This document shows positions 17,200 to 25,354 of a stretch of DNA of 32,000 nucleotides, one piece after another (the stretch's first letter is position 1; each line of letters opens with the position of its first letter). The notes below the pieces were generated by a model. That model ran no database searches, was not told where the DNA came from, and saw only the letters and a list, made by a program, of their open reading frames with translations. The position numbers and the translations under genes were made by a program. Source of the DNA: Desulfocapsa sulfexigens DSM 10523 (GTDB lineage: Bacteria > Desulfobacterota > Desulfobulbia > Desulfobulbales > Desulfocapsaceae); assembly GCF_000341395.1 (NCBI RefSeq), contig NC_020304.1, forward strand, positions 2,850,001 to 2,882,000, in the 5' to 3' direction.

Positions 17200-18444
17200 A
17201 TGTTTATGTCTGCCTTAGAAAACACTGATCCAGATATCTTTGCCTGTATCAACAATGAGTATGAACGTCAAAACAGTCAACTTGAATTGATAGCATCTGA
17301 AAATATTGTTTCCGCAGCAGTTCTTGAGGCTCAGGGGTCTATTTTTACCAATAAATATGCCGAAGGATATCCTCAGAAACGATATTATGGTGGATGTGAT
17401 CAGGCTGATAAAGTTGAGACGCTTGCCATAGACAGAGCTAAGGAGATTTTTGGTGCTGAATATGCTAATGTCCAGCCCCATTCCGGGTCTCAGGCAAATA
17501 TGGCTGTTTATTTCGCCACATTAAAGCCTGGCGATAAGGTGCTTGGGATGGATCTTGCCCATGGTGGTCATTTAACCCATGGTAGCGGGGTCAATTTCTC
17601 AGGTCAGTTGTTTAACTTTCTCTCTTACGGGGTAGAAAGGAAAACTGAACAGATTAATATGGAAGAAGTTGAACGTATTGCTTTTGAAAACCGGCCCAAG
17701 ATGATAGTTGCCGGAGCTTCTGCCTACTCCCGCTTTATTGATTTTGAAGGTTTTCGTAAGATTGCCGACCAGATAGGTGCTTTATTTATGGTAGATATGG
17801 CACATATCGCAGGGCTTGTTGCTGCGGGGGTACATCCCTCTCCCGTGCCATATGCTGATTTTGTAACGACTACCACCCATAAGACCATGCGTGGGCCACG
17901 TGGTGGCTTGATTCTTGCTCGGAATAAATGGGGACAGAGTTTGAACTCCAAGATTTTTCCTGGTATTCAGGGAGGCCCCCTTGTCCATGTGATATCAGCT
18001 AAGGCCGTCGCCTTTAAAGAGGCTATGACGGATTCCTTTAAAAGCTACCAACAACAGGTTGTAGATAATGCCAGTGCGCTTGGTCAGAACCTTGTTAATA
18101 AAGGGTTCAGATTAGTTTCCGGGGGAACTGATAATCATCTCATTCTTCTGGATCTGACAAGTAAGGATATTACTGGTAAGGAAGCGGAGGAACTGCTGGA
18201 GCGAGCTGGATTGACCACAAACAAGAATGCTATTCCTTTTGATAAACAACCGCGATTTGTTACTTCCGGGATTCGCATAGGTACCCCTGCTGTTACAACA
18301 AGAGGCCTTGGAATTAAAGAAATGGGTCTTATTGCTGAGTGGATTGAACGTGTTCTTACAGAGAGAAGTGACGAAGCGATGATTGCAGTGCGTCAGGAAG
18401 TGCGAGCGCTGTGTGACACTCACCCACTGTCTAATATTTTCTGA
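17200..18444 (+). CDS. glyA: serine hydroxymethyltransferase
   Basis: [14 protein letters not shown] is the PLP-Lys motif. [10 protein letters not shown] and [14 protein letters not shown] are also present. Length is 414 aa; the start may be ATG 17200 or 17206. Confidence 0.93.
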   Translation: MFMSALENTDPDIFACINNEYERQNSQLELIASENIVSAAVLEAQGSIFTNKYAEGYPQKRYYGGCDQADKVETLAIDRAKEIFGAEYANVQPHSGSQANMAVYFATLKPGDKVLGMDLAHGGHLTHGSGVNFSGQLFNFLSYGVERKTEQINMEEVERIAFENRPKMIVAGASAYSRFIDFEGFRKIADQIGALFMVDMAHIAGLVAAGVHPSPVPYADFVTTTTHKTMRGPRGGLILARNKWGQSLNSKIFPGIQGGPLVHVISAKAVAFKEAMTDSFKSYQQQVVDNASALGQNLVNKGFRLVSGGTDNHLILLDLTSKDITGKEAEELLERAGLTTNKNAIPFDKQPRFVTSGIRIGTPAVTTRGLGIKEMGLIAEWIERVLTERSDEAMIAVRQEVRALCDTHPLSNIF

Positions 18445-18471
18445 TATCTATCTTAATTTACAGGAGATTTA

Positions 18472-18954
18472 ATGAAGTGTCCCTATTGCGGTCATCTTGA
18501 CAATAAGGTTATCGACTCACGGCTTAATAAAGAAAGTACTATTACCAGAAGACGGCGTTCCTGTCTTTCTTGTGAACAGCGCTTTACTACTTATGAGCGC
18601 CTTGAGGTTATGCTTCCCATGCTTGTTAAGAAAGATGGTAGAAGAGAGGTATGGGATAGGCAGAAGATGGTTGTTGGTCTTGAGAAAGCCTGTGAAAAGC
18701 GTCCTGTAAGCTGTGATGATATAGATGAATTTGTTGACAATATTGAAAGCAAGCTGCAGGATTTTCCCTCCAAGGAAGTTCCATCAGTGGTCATTGGTGA
18801 ATGGGTTATGGAAGATCTTCCAGGTCTTGATGAAGTTGCCTATGTCCGTTTTGCCTCTGTGTACCGTCAATTTAAAGACGTTAACGAATTTATGGATGAG
18901 TTGAAGGGGCTACTCGATTCAAGGGGCGATGTTGAGTCTAAAAAAGAAGGCTGA
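18472..18954 (+). CDS. nrdR: transcriptional repressor NrdR
   Basis: [17 protein letters not shown]...[17 protein letters not shown] is the zinc ribbon, followed by an ATP-cone C-terminal part; 160 aa. Confidence 0.92.
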   Translation: MKCPYCGHLDNKVIDSRLNKESTITRRRRSCLSCEQRFTTYERLEVMLPMLVKKDGRREVWDRQKMVVGLEKACEKRPVSCDDIDEFVDNIESKLQDFPSKEVPSVVIGEWVMEDLPGLDEVAYVRFASVYRQFKDVNEFMDELKGLLDSRGDVESKKEG

Positions 18955-20077
18955 GAGAACATTTTCAAAAAGAGATGAGCAGTTTATGCGTCTTGCTCTG
19001 CATCAGGCCCGAAAAGGAATTGGGAGGACTTCTCCTAATCCATGTGTCGGGGCTGTTGTTGTACAGGATGACGATACTGTCGTAAGCCGTGGTTACCATA
19101 AAAAAGCTGGAACGCCACATGCCGAGGTGCATGCACTGCGAAAAGCTGGAAGCCGTGCTGAAGGGGCTACCATTTATGTAACTCTTGAACCCTGCAACCA
19201 TACCGGTCGTACGCCGCCCTGCAGTCACGCTGTTGCTGCTGCAGGGATCAAACGAGTCGTTGTTGGTATGGTGGATCCAAACCCTTTAGTCAGTGGTAGT
19301 GGAATCAGTTACCTGAGAAAACAGGGGATAGAGGTTCTTAGTGGTGTTCTTGAAAATGAATGTAAGGAAGTTAACCTTCCCTTTGTGAAACACATTACAA
19401 CAGGTAAACCCTTTGTAGTTATGAAGGCTGGAATGAGCCTTGACGGGAAACTCAGTTACCAGAAAGGCGTCCCTGGGAAAATGACTGGTGCTAAAAGCCG
19501 ACGTACCGTACATGGTCTTCGTAACAGTATGGATGCTATTCTGGTCGGTGTTGGTACCGTTATCGCTGATAATCCATCCCTTACAACCCGTTTGGTCAAG
19601 TGTGGCAGAGATCCGCTGCGTGTTGTTCTCGATAGTTCTTTGAGGATCTCCTCTCAAGCAAAAATTCTTCATCTGGATTCATCTGCATCAACCCTGATTT
19701 TTTGTTCACCTGTTGCTGATAGAGATAAAAAAGAACTGCTCGGTAAAATGGACGGAGTCAATGTTCAGTCGGTAGCTTTAGACGAAACTGGCAGAGGGTT
19801 AGATATGAACAGAGTTCTTGACCACCTGGGGAAAATGGGTATCTGTTCCCTCCTTGTTGAAGGTGGTGCTGAAATTCATGGCAGTTTTCTCAGCAAATCA
19901 CTGGTAGACAGAGTAATGCTTTTTGTCGCGCCTCTCTTTGGCGGCTCGTCGGGAACACCTTTGCTGAGTGGCTTCCCCGTGAGCGATAACACGAGTGCTC
20001 CAAGGTTACAAAACATTCACTATAAAAAATGTGGAGAGGATGTACTTGTTCGGGGAGATTTTTTTACTACTCTTTGA
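18929..20077 (+). CDS. ribD: bifunctional riboflavin biosynthesis deaminase/reductase RibD
   Basis: Deaminase zinc motifs HAEVHAL and [13 protein letters not shown] are present. The reductase part has MSLDGK and [13 protein letters not shown]. The start overlaps the nrdR 3' end and is uncertain by a few codons. Confidence 0.9.
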   Translation: MLSLKKKAERTFSKRDEQFMRLALHQARKGIGRTSPNPCVGAVVVQDDDTVVSRGYHKKAGTPHAEVHALRKAGSRAEGATIYVTLEPCNHTGRTPPCSHAVAAAGIKRVVVGMVDPNPLVSGSGISYLRKQGIEVLSGVLENECKEVNLPFVKHITTGKPFVVMKAGMSLDGKLSYQKGVPGKMTGAKSRRTVHGLRNSMDAILVGVGTVIADNPSLTTRLVKCGRDPLRVVLDSSLRISSQAKILHLDSSASTLIFCSPVADRDKKELLGKMDGVNVQSVALDETGRGLDMNRVLDHLGKMGICSLLVEGGAEIHGSFLSKSLVDRVMLFVAPLFGGSSGTPLLSGFPVSDNTSAPRLQNIHYKKCGEDVLVRGDFFTTL

Positions 20078-20085
20078 TACTCCAA

Positions 20086-21066
20086 TCAGTTGCGCCTGGT
20101 TTCAGCAAGGTGTAGGATTTCTGGTACCCGCTTCTCCAGTTCTGTGAGTGTCTTAAAATCCATTATAAGAGAAACAGCATCTGTTTCAAACGAAAGAGCA
20201 TGGGTTACCTTGCAGGTGGCTGGTAAATTCATGGTAGTAACTTTTTTTCTGAATAATTCTTCTGCAGAAATGCTTTGTGGAAAGAGCATCTTTTGCATGC
20301 AAGCCAAAAGAACAGTTGCTTTCTGTGGTTGATTCATTTCAGGATGAGTAAGGATTTCATTGAATTCGGGTTTCATTAACAGCTCTGTTAGTGTTTTTTC
20401 TTCTCTGTACGCAAGATCCTTGCACAGAGAAAGTAGCCTTTTTTGCTTTCCCCCACCAAGTTGTAAATCAATAAATATTCCATGAAGCAACTGTCTGTCT
20501 TCTGGACTCATTTTTAGTAGCTCATGTGCAGTTTTTTCACCAATGATTCCATTGTGTATGCTGATTTGAATATCCAACTCAAGCTCTATCAGATCTAAAC
20601 ATTTATTGATGGTGTGCGGCTGTATTTTTTGGTGAAGAATTGTAAAAAATAATGCCGCTGCCTCTTTACTATCCATATATTTAAGACAGTGGCTGAAAAA
20701 ATAGGCTTTTTCCATTGCACTGAAATTGCCAGAGAGTGACTGGTCTTCAACTATATAGGACAAAATATTTTTAGGTGAGTTATCTTCTCTGAGAATGAGA
20801 CATAGAGGGGATTTTTTACCAGGGTTGGTTTTGAGAGTTTCCAGCCTGGATTTTCCGCAGACCAATTTGTAGCGCTCTTTAGGTTGCCGCAGGAGGATTG
20901 GTGGACGAAGTATGCCTACTCTATTAATAGATTCAACAAGGGCAGTGGCGGGTGGTTTAGAACTAAGAAAAGGGTGAAGGCTCCATTCGTCTGAGATTTG
21001 TATTTTATTCAGCTCTATTGGGTGAAAGGTCGCAGAGGGATGCATCGTATCTGTAGTATGAAGCAC
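20086..21066 (-). CDS. divergent orphan ParB-like protein (ParB/Srx N-domain, helical middle, C-terminal dimerisation-like segment)
   Basis: LVESINRVGILRPPILLRQPKERYKLVCGKSRLETLK aligns to ParB box II/III (GILQPLIV....Y.IVAGERRFRAAK) with GERR replaced by GKSR. VEDQSLSGNFSAMEKAYFF resembles ENLQREDLSPLEEA. No ParA is adjacent. The start is either GTG 21066 or ATG 21045, and neither has a clear SD. Confidence 0.6.
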   Translation of the reverse strand: MLHTTDTMHPSATFHPIELNKIQISDEWSLHPFLSSKPPATALVESINRVGILRPPILLRQPKERYKLVCGKSRLETLKTNPGKKSPLCLILREDNSPKNILSYIVEDQSLSGNFSAMEKAYFFSHCLKYMDSKEAAALFFTILHQKIQPHTINKCLDLIELELDIQISIHNGIIGEKTAHELLKMSPEDRQLLHGIFIDLQLGGGKQKRLLSLCKDLAYREEKTLTELLMKPEFNEILTHPEMNQPQKATVLLACMQKMLFPQSISAEELFRKKVTTMNLPATCKVTHALSFETDAVSLIMDFKTLTELEKRVPEILHLAETRRN

Positions 21067-21087
21067 GGCAAGAAGGCGTTAGAGAAT

Positions 21088-21131
21088 AAAAAAAACCTGT
21101 GTTTCTTCAAGGTGATGAGAATAAACACAGG
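21088..21131 (-). terminator. rho-independent terminator after the IHF/HU gene
   Basis: On the minus strand CCTGTGTTT pairs with AAACACAGG (plus-strand coordinates 21096-21104 and 21123-21131). An 8-nt U-run follows (plus-strand A-run 21088-21095). The loop is long at 18 nt. Confidence 0.55.
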
Positions 21132-21178
21132 TTAACGGGAGACCTGAATAATAATTACTTTAGTAAAACTATTGGTGA

Positions 21179-21466
21179 TCAGGCCTCATTAATTTTGTCG
21201 CGGAGAATTCCAGACGGTTTAAAGGTGACCACACGTCTGGCATCAAGGGTCAGTTCATCGCCTGTCTGGGGATTACGTCCTCTTCTGGACTTTTTGTCTT
21301 TAACATTGAATTTCCCGAAACCACTTAAGAGAAGATCGGTACCATTAATTAGTGATGTTTTGGAGATACGTAGAAAAGCTTCAACAGAATCGGTTGCTTG
21401 AGCCTTTGTTAACGATCCGTGAGATTTGTATACTTGCTGAACAAGATCAGCTTTTGTGAGAGTCAT
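21179..21466 (-). CDS. IHF/HU family DNA-binding protein (IHF-alpha-like)
   Basis: GFGKFNVKDKKSRRGRNPQTGDELTLDARRVVTFKPS is the DNA-binding arm of the HU/IHF fold. Length is 95 aa, and a strong GAGGAGG SD precedes the ATG. Confidence 0.88.
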   Translation of the reverse strand: MTLTKADLVQQVYKSHGSLTKAQATDSVEAFLRISKTSLINGTDLLLSGFGKFNVKDKKSRRGRNPQTGDELTLDARRVVTFKPSGILRDKINEA

Positions 21467-21623
21467 GATTGATTCCTCCTCTAAGGTAATCGATATTTAG
21501 TACCTTTTCCCCTCAAGGGGGTTCTGAACTGAGTACTGGCTTACTTATTTTAACCAGTGTTAGTTATAATCTGCTTTTAATGATATGCGTCAAGGGAATA
21601 AAGTCAATAGTAACTGTTTTTTT

Positions 21624-22835
21624 TTATCCACCAACGGCATTGGCCATTGAGAAAATTGGGAGATACATGGCGATGACCAGACCACCAATCATGCCCCCCA
21701 GGAAGACCATCATGAAAGGTTCGATCATGGCGGTGAGGTTTTCAACTGCCTGATCTACTTCTCCATCATAAAAGTCAGCAATCTTGGCGAGCATAGTGTC
21801 GAGTGCTCCAACAGATTCACCAACGTTGATCATCTGGACGACCATATTGGGAAAGACACCACTTTCTTCTAAGGGTTCAGCAATGGGGCGTCCCTCTGCA
21901 ATACTATCGGCTACACGAAAAACAGCAGCTTCAATGACCTTGTTGCCGGCAGTTTTTGCAACCACCTGTAATGCGTCAAGAATAGGAACGCCACTTTGCA
22001 GCATGGTGCTGAGAGTCCTGGTGAATTTGGAAACAGCAACCTTTCTGATTAAGGGGCCAGCAACTGGAGCTTTGATCAGCATTGCATCCATTCTGAACCG
22101 TCCTCTCTCCGTGGAATATATCTTTTTTATGGTGTAAATTACTGCAAAGAGGCCCATGCCTAGCCAAAGAAAATTGCTTTTGAAGGTGTTTGACATTGAG
22201 ACTACGATTTGGGTAGGGATCGGTAGCGCTGAGCCAAAACTTGCAAACATTTCCTCAAAAACAGGAATAACAAAAACCAGAATTACCACAAGTATAAGTG
22301 CTGAGATTGCAAGACAGATTGCGGGATAGGTCATGGCTCCTTTAATTTTTTTCTTAAGAGCCATGGATTTTTCCATAAAAATAGCCAGCCTACCTAATAT
22401 CGTATCGAGTATACCGCCTGTTTCACCAGCTTCGATCATATTTGAGAAAAGGTTGTCGAAAACTTTGGGATGTTTCCGCATGGCATCAGCAAAGGTTGTT
22501 CCTGTTTCGACATCGGATTTGATGTTTCCTAAAACTTTTTTTAATGTTGGGTTTTCCTGTTGCTTGGCCAAAATTTCCAGGCCTTGAACCAAAGGAAGTC
22601 CAGCGTCAATCATAGTGGAAAGTTGTCTGGTAAAAATAACAATATCCTTGCCGGTAACCTTAGGCTGGAAAAAGGAAATGTTTTCTAAAAGATCTTTGGG
22701 TTTTTCTTTTACAATCGGATCTTTAATACGAAGACGCTTGACATGGCCAAGAGCTGTTGCCTGGTCAGGAGCTTCTATTTCGCCTTTACGTTTGTCACCG
22801 TAGGAATTGATACCTTTCCATATATAGACCGGCAT
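21624..22835 (-). CDS. pilC: type IV pilus / type II secretion platform protein (PilC/GspF family)
   Basis: 403 aa with two GspF-type repeats (FTRQLSTMIDAGLPLVQGLE and FTRTLSTMLQSGVPILDALQ) and three TM segments. AGGAG SD lies 8 nt upstream of the ATG. Confidence 0.88.
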   Translation of the reverse strand: MPVYIWKGINSYGDKRKGEIEAPDQATALGHVKRLRIKDPIVKEKPKDLLENISFFQPKVTGKDIVIFTRQLSTMIDAGLPLVQGLEILAKQQENPTLKKVLGNIKSDVETGTTFADAMRKHPKVFDNLFSNMIEAGETGGILDTILGRLAIFMEKSMALKKKIKGAMTYPAICLAISALILVVILVFVIPVFEEMFASFGSALPIPTQIVVSMSNTFKSNFLWLGMGLFAVIYTIKKIYSTERGRFRMDAMLIKAPVAGPLIRKVAVSKFTRTLSTMLQSGVPILDALQVVAKTAGNKVIEAAVFRVADSIAEGRPIAEPLEESGVFPNMVVQMINVGESVGALDTMLAKIADFYDGEVDQAVENLTAMIEPFMMVFLGGMIGGLVIAMYLPIFSMANAVGG

Positions 22836-23280
22836 TAGTTTTTCTCCTGCATGATACTATTTTACTAAATTAAACCAATTAGTTGATTTGCTTTTATGTG
22901 AGCCGGTGCGTGTATACTCAAGGGGGCCGGCTACGCTTACATTTGAGTTGGATGTAAGTTCATTGAATACTAAGCAATTGTTAAATAACACAATGAAATT
23001 TATTCTATATCATGAAGTTATAGATTACAAGTTAGAGTATTGTGAGAAGTAATTATTTTCTGAGTGTCTCCTGTAGATTGCCATATTCTTTGATATTGCG
23101 TCTTCTTGGAAAAACTTTAGGGACTCCAATGTCTCTATTTGTTGCCTTTGTGAAAATTTGTTCTTGTCTAAAGTGATCGTGCTTGTTAATATGATCATCT
23201 TACGGTGAGTTTTCAGTGAGGACGTAGTTCCTGCGCTTTAATTGTATTAGATTAGTGTCATTGACTTTGAGGAGAACAGC

Positions 23281-23529
23281 ATGCAGAATCAAGCTGCTAT
23301 GAGTTTTAGCGAGAGAAGTTTTCAACCTGTTGTTGAAAAGTGTGAAGGTTGTGAGAGAATTGTAGAGGAAGCTGGTTCTAAATATTGCCAGTCTTACCTT
23401 CAGCCCGAGGCTAAATGGCGTTTGGGAATTTGTAATTTTGCAACGCATGCGAAACCAGAAATAACGGTCGTTACTGTCAGAATCAATCCTTTGAAAGCTG
23501 CAAAGAGAGCATCTGCTAAGAAAGTTTAA
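23281..23529 (+). CDS. small Cys-rich protein, PxxKW-type (function unknown)
   Basis: 82 aa with C-x2-C (CEGCERIV), then C...PEAKW..GIC.FATH, and a basic tail INPLKAAKRASAKK. GAGGAG SD lies 5-6 nt before ATG 23281. The family name is recalled from RefSeq naming and was not verified here. Confidence 0.6.
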   Translation: MQNQAAMSFSERSFQPVVEKCEGCERIVEEAGSKYCQSYLQPEAKWRLGICNFATHAKPEITVVTVRINPLKAAKRASAKKV

Positions 23530-23559
23530 CAGTAGCAGCAATAAGGAAGAACTAAAAAA

Positions 23560-23598
23560 AGCATTTTCTCGTTAATGAGAAGATGCTTTTTTTTTTTT
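23560..23598. terminator. bidirectional rho-independent terminator between the Cys-rich gene and yggS
   Basis: An 11-bp stem pairs agcattttctc with gagaagatgct (one G-U wobble) around a 6-nt loop. It is flanked by A7 (23554-23560) and T11 (23588-23598). Confidence 0.8.
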
Positions 23599-23648
23599 GA
23601 AAAAACGCTTTGTCCTTCATATCCTGTGTTAGGACTGACACCGTCCCA

Positions 23649-24347
23649 TTAAGCGATTTCGGGTCTGTCACCAAAAATTGCTGTCCCTATTCTTATAATC
23701 GTTGCCCCCTCTTCAATAGCCGTTTTGAAATCCTGTGACATCCCCATGGAAAGCTCAAACCTACTGTTGTCTGAAAAAAGTTCCTGCTTTGCTAGCTCTT
23801 TACCAAGGTTGCTAAGATCTCTGAAATAAATTCTGGTTTTTTCGGTATCAGACGAAAAAGGTGGAATGGTCATAAGTCCCATTGGCCGAATTTGTGAAAG
23901 GGTTCTTATGTGTTTTAGGAGGGCTCCAGCATTTTCAGGAGGAACTCCTGATTTTTTAGGATCTTCACCTATGTTTACCTGGATCAAGATATCTAATTTC
24001 CGATCAAGGGTGAGAAGATGTTTGTTTAAGGCTTTGGCGAGTTTAAGTCTGTCCACCGTTTCGACCATGGAAAAGAGCTCAGCTGCCAGTTTTGCTTTGT
24101 TGCTCTGGACATGGCCAATAAAATGAAACTTCGCTGCATCATCAATGCTGTGTCTTTTTTCTGCTGCCTCCTGGATATAGTTTTCACCAAAATAATATTG
24201 ACCTGCTGCCATTGCCTCTTTAATACTGGCAATGGAGTGACGTTTTGAAACTGCAATTAATTTGATAGAAGAAGGGGCTCTATCACAGGCGAGAGCTGTC
24301 TGATTTATAGATTGGTGGATGGTGTTGAGGTTGTTGGCAATGGACAT
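23649..24347 (-). CDS. yggS: YggS family pyridoxal-phosphate homeostasis protein
   Basis: IKLIAVSKRHS is the PLP Lys context. HFIGHVQSNK and SMGMSQDF motifs are present. Length is 232 aa, starting 5 nt after the tatD stop. Confidence 0.88.
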   Translation of the reverse strand: MSIANNLNTIHQSINQTALACDRAPSSIKLIAVSKRHSIASIKEAMAAGQYYFGENYIQEAAEKRHSIDDAAKFHFIGHVQSNKAKLAAELFSMVETVDRLKLAKALNKHLLTLDRKLDILIQVNIGEDPKKSGVPPENAGALLKHIRTLSQIRPMGLMTIPPFSSDTEKTRIYFRDLSNLGKELAKQELFSDNSRFELSMGMSQDFKTAIEEGATIIRIGTAIFGDRPEIA

Positions 24348-24352
24348 GGGGG

Positions 24353-25180
24353 TTAATCTCTGGGGCTGTAGTTGAATAGACGCGCAACATTTTCACTTGT
24401 AGTATCTGCCACTTCTTCCAGGCTGATTTTTTTGAGTTCGGCCACTTTCTCAGCCGTGTACAACAGATACGATGACTCATTTCTTTTTCCCCGCCAGGGA
24501 ACGGGCGCGAGAAATGGCCCATCCGTTTCAAGAATTAATGAATTCAAGGGGATGTGTTTGGCAACCTCTTGAAGGTCGACTCCATTTTTGAAGGTCACAA
24601 CTCCTGGAATTGAAATAAAAAAGCCAAGATCAATTATTTTTTTGGCAAAATCCATGTCACCTGAAAAACAGTGCATCACTCCTCCGTTAGGGAATGGGCC
24701 GTTGAGCTGCAGACTCTTCAAGGTGTCGTCGTGTGCTTCTCGGTCATGTATTATTACAGGCAAACAAAGTTCTTTTGCGAGGAGTAACTGTTTATGAAAG
24801 GCTTTTTTTTGGAGAGCAGGTTCAGCATATTGTTTTGCGTAATCAAGCCCTATCTCACCATAGCCGACGATATGTTCTCTATTGTCTGACACTAGTTGCT
24901 TCAGGCGCGTGTAGGTGGAATTGTCTGCGCTTTTGACGTCGTGGGGGTGAATCCCAACGGTGGCCTTGATCATAGAGTGGTGTTTGGCAAGTTCAATGGC
25001 TGTTTTCGAGCTTTTTTCGTCGATTCCAATGGTTATGATAGAACGCACCCCATTGGATTTTGCCCTCGCAAGGACCTGACCGAGATCTTCCTCGTAACAA
25101 CTCATGTCGAGATGACAGTGGCTGTCAATAAGGAAACTATCTGCCTGAAGAACTGGTAATGGACGTTTGGTTTTTTTCAT
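24353..25180 (-). CDS. tatD: TatD family metal-dependent hydrolase/DNase
   Basis: LIDSHCHLD is the N-terminal metal motif. IGEIGLDY, VIIHDREAH, GVMHCFSG and LETDGPFLAP are also present. ATG 25180 is preferred; the track ORF extends to a TTG at 25225. Confidence 0.85.
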   Translation of the reverse strand: MKKTKRPLPVLQADSFLIDSHCHLDMSCYEEDLGQVLARAKSNGVRSIITIGIDEKSSKTAIELAKHHSMIKATVGIHPHDVKSADNSTYTRLKQLVSDNREHIVGYGEIGLDYAKQYAEPALQKKAFHKQLLLAKELCLPVIIHDREAHDDTLKSLQLNGPFPNGGVMHCFSGDMDFAKKIIDLGFFISIPGVVTFKNGVDLQEVAKHIPLNSLILETDGPFLAPVPWRGKRNESSYLLYTAEKVAELKKISLEEVADTTSENVARLFNYSPRD

Positions 25181-25354
25181 AATATTTTCAATGAGATTTT
25201 TAGCAGATTCATTCTGGTCATGCAATGTTGAAATGTATTAAAAACTGCTTTTGAGTTTCTCGATGCCACGATATACTTGTGATGATCAGCTGCGGATCAT
25301 TTTAGAAGAATTGTCACGCTCCTTGATACCCTATTTATCAACCGAGGTTTTGAA

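Noticed and set aside
22993-23052. 19-codon mini-ORF (MKFILYHEVIDYKLEYCEK) in the pilC / Cys-rich gene intergenic region
   Set aside because: It has no Shine-Dalgarno sequence. It lies in AT-rich sequence where short ORFs arise by chance, and nothing distinguishes it.
23200-23541. 113-aa minus-strand ORF overlapping the Cys-rich gene
   Set aside because: It has no SD. It runs antisense through a gene that has a strong SD and terminator, and its product is low-complexity Leu/Ser-rich.
25226-25354. Possible purine riboswitch upstream of adenine deaminase
   Set aside because: The leader is only ~130 nt and is shared with the divergent tatD. I could find no three-way-junction purine-riboswitch core or conserved loop sequences.
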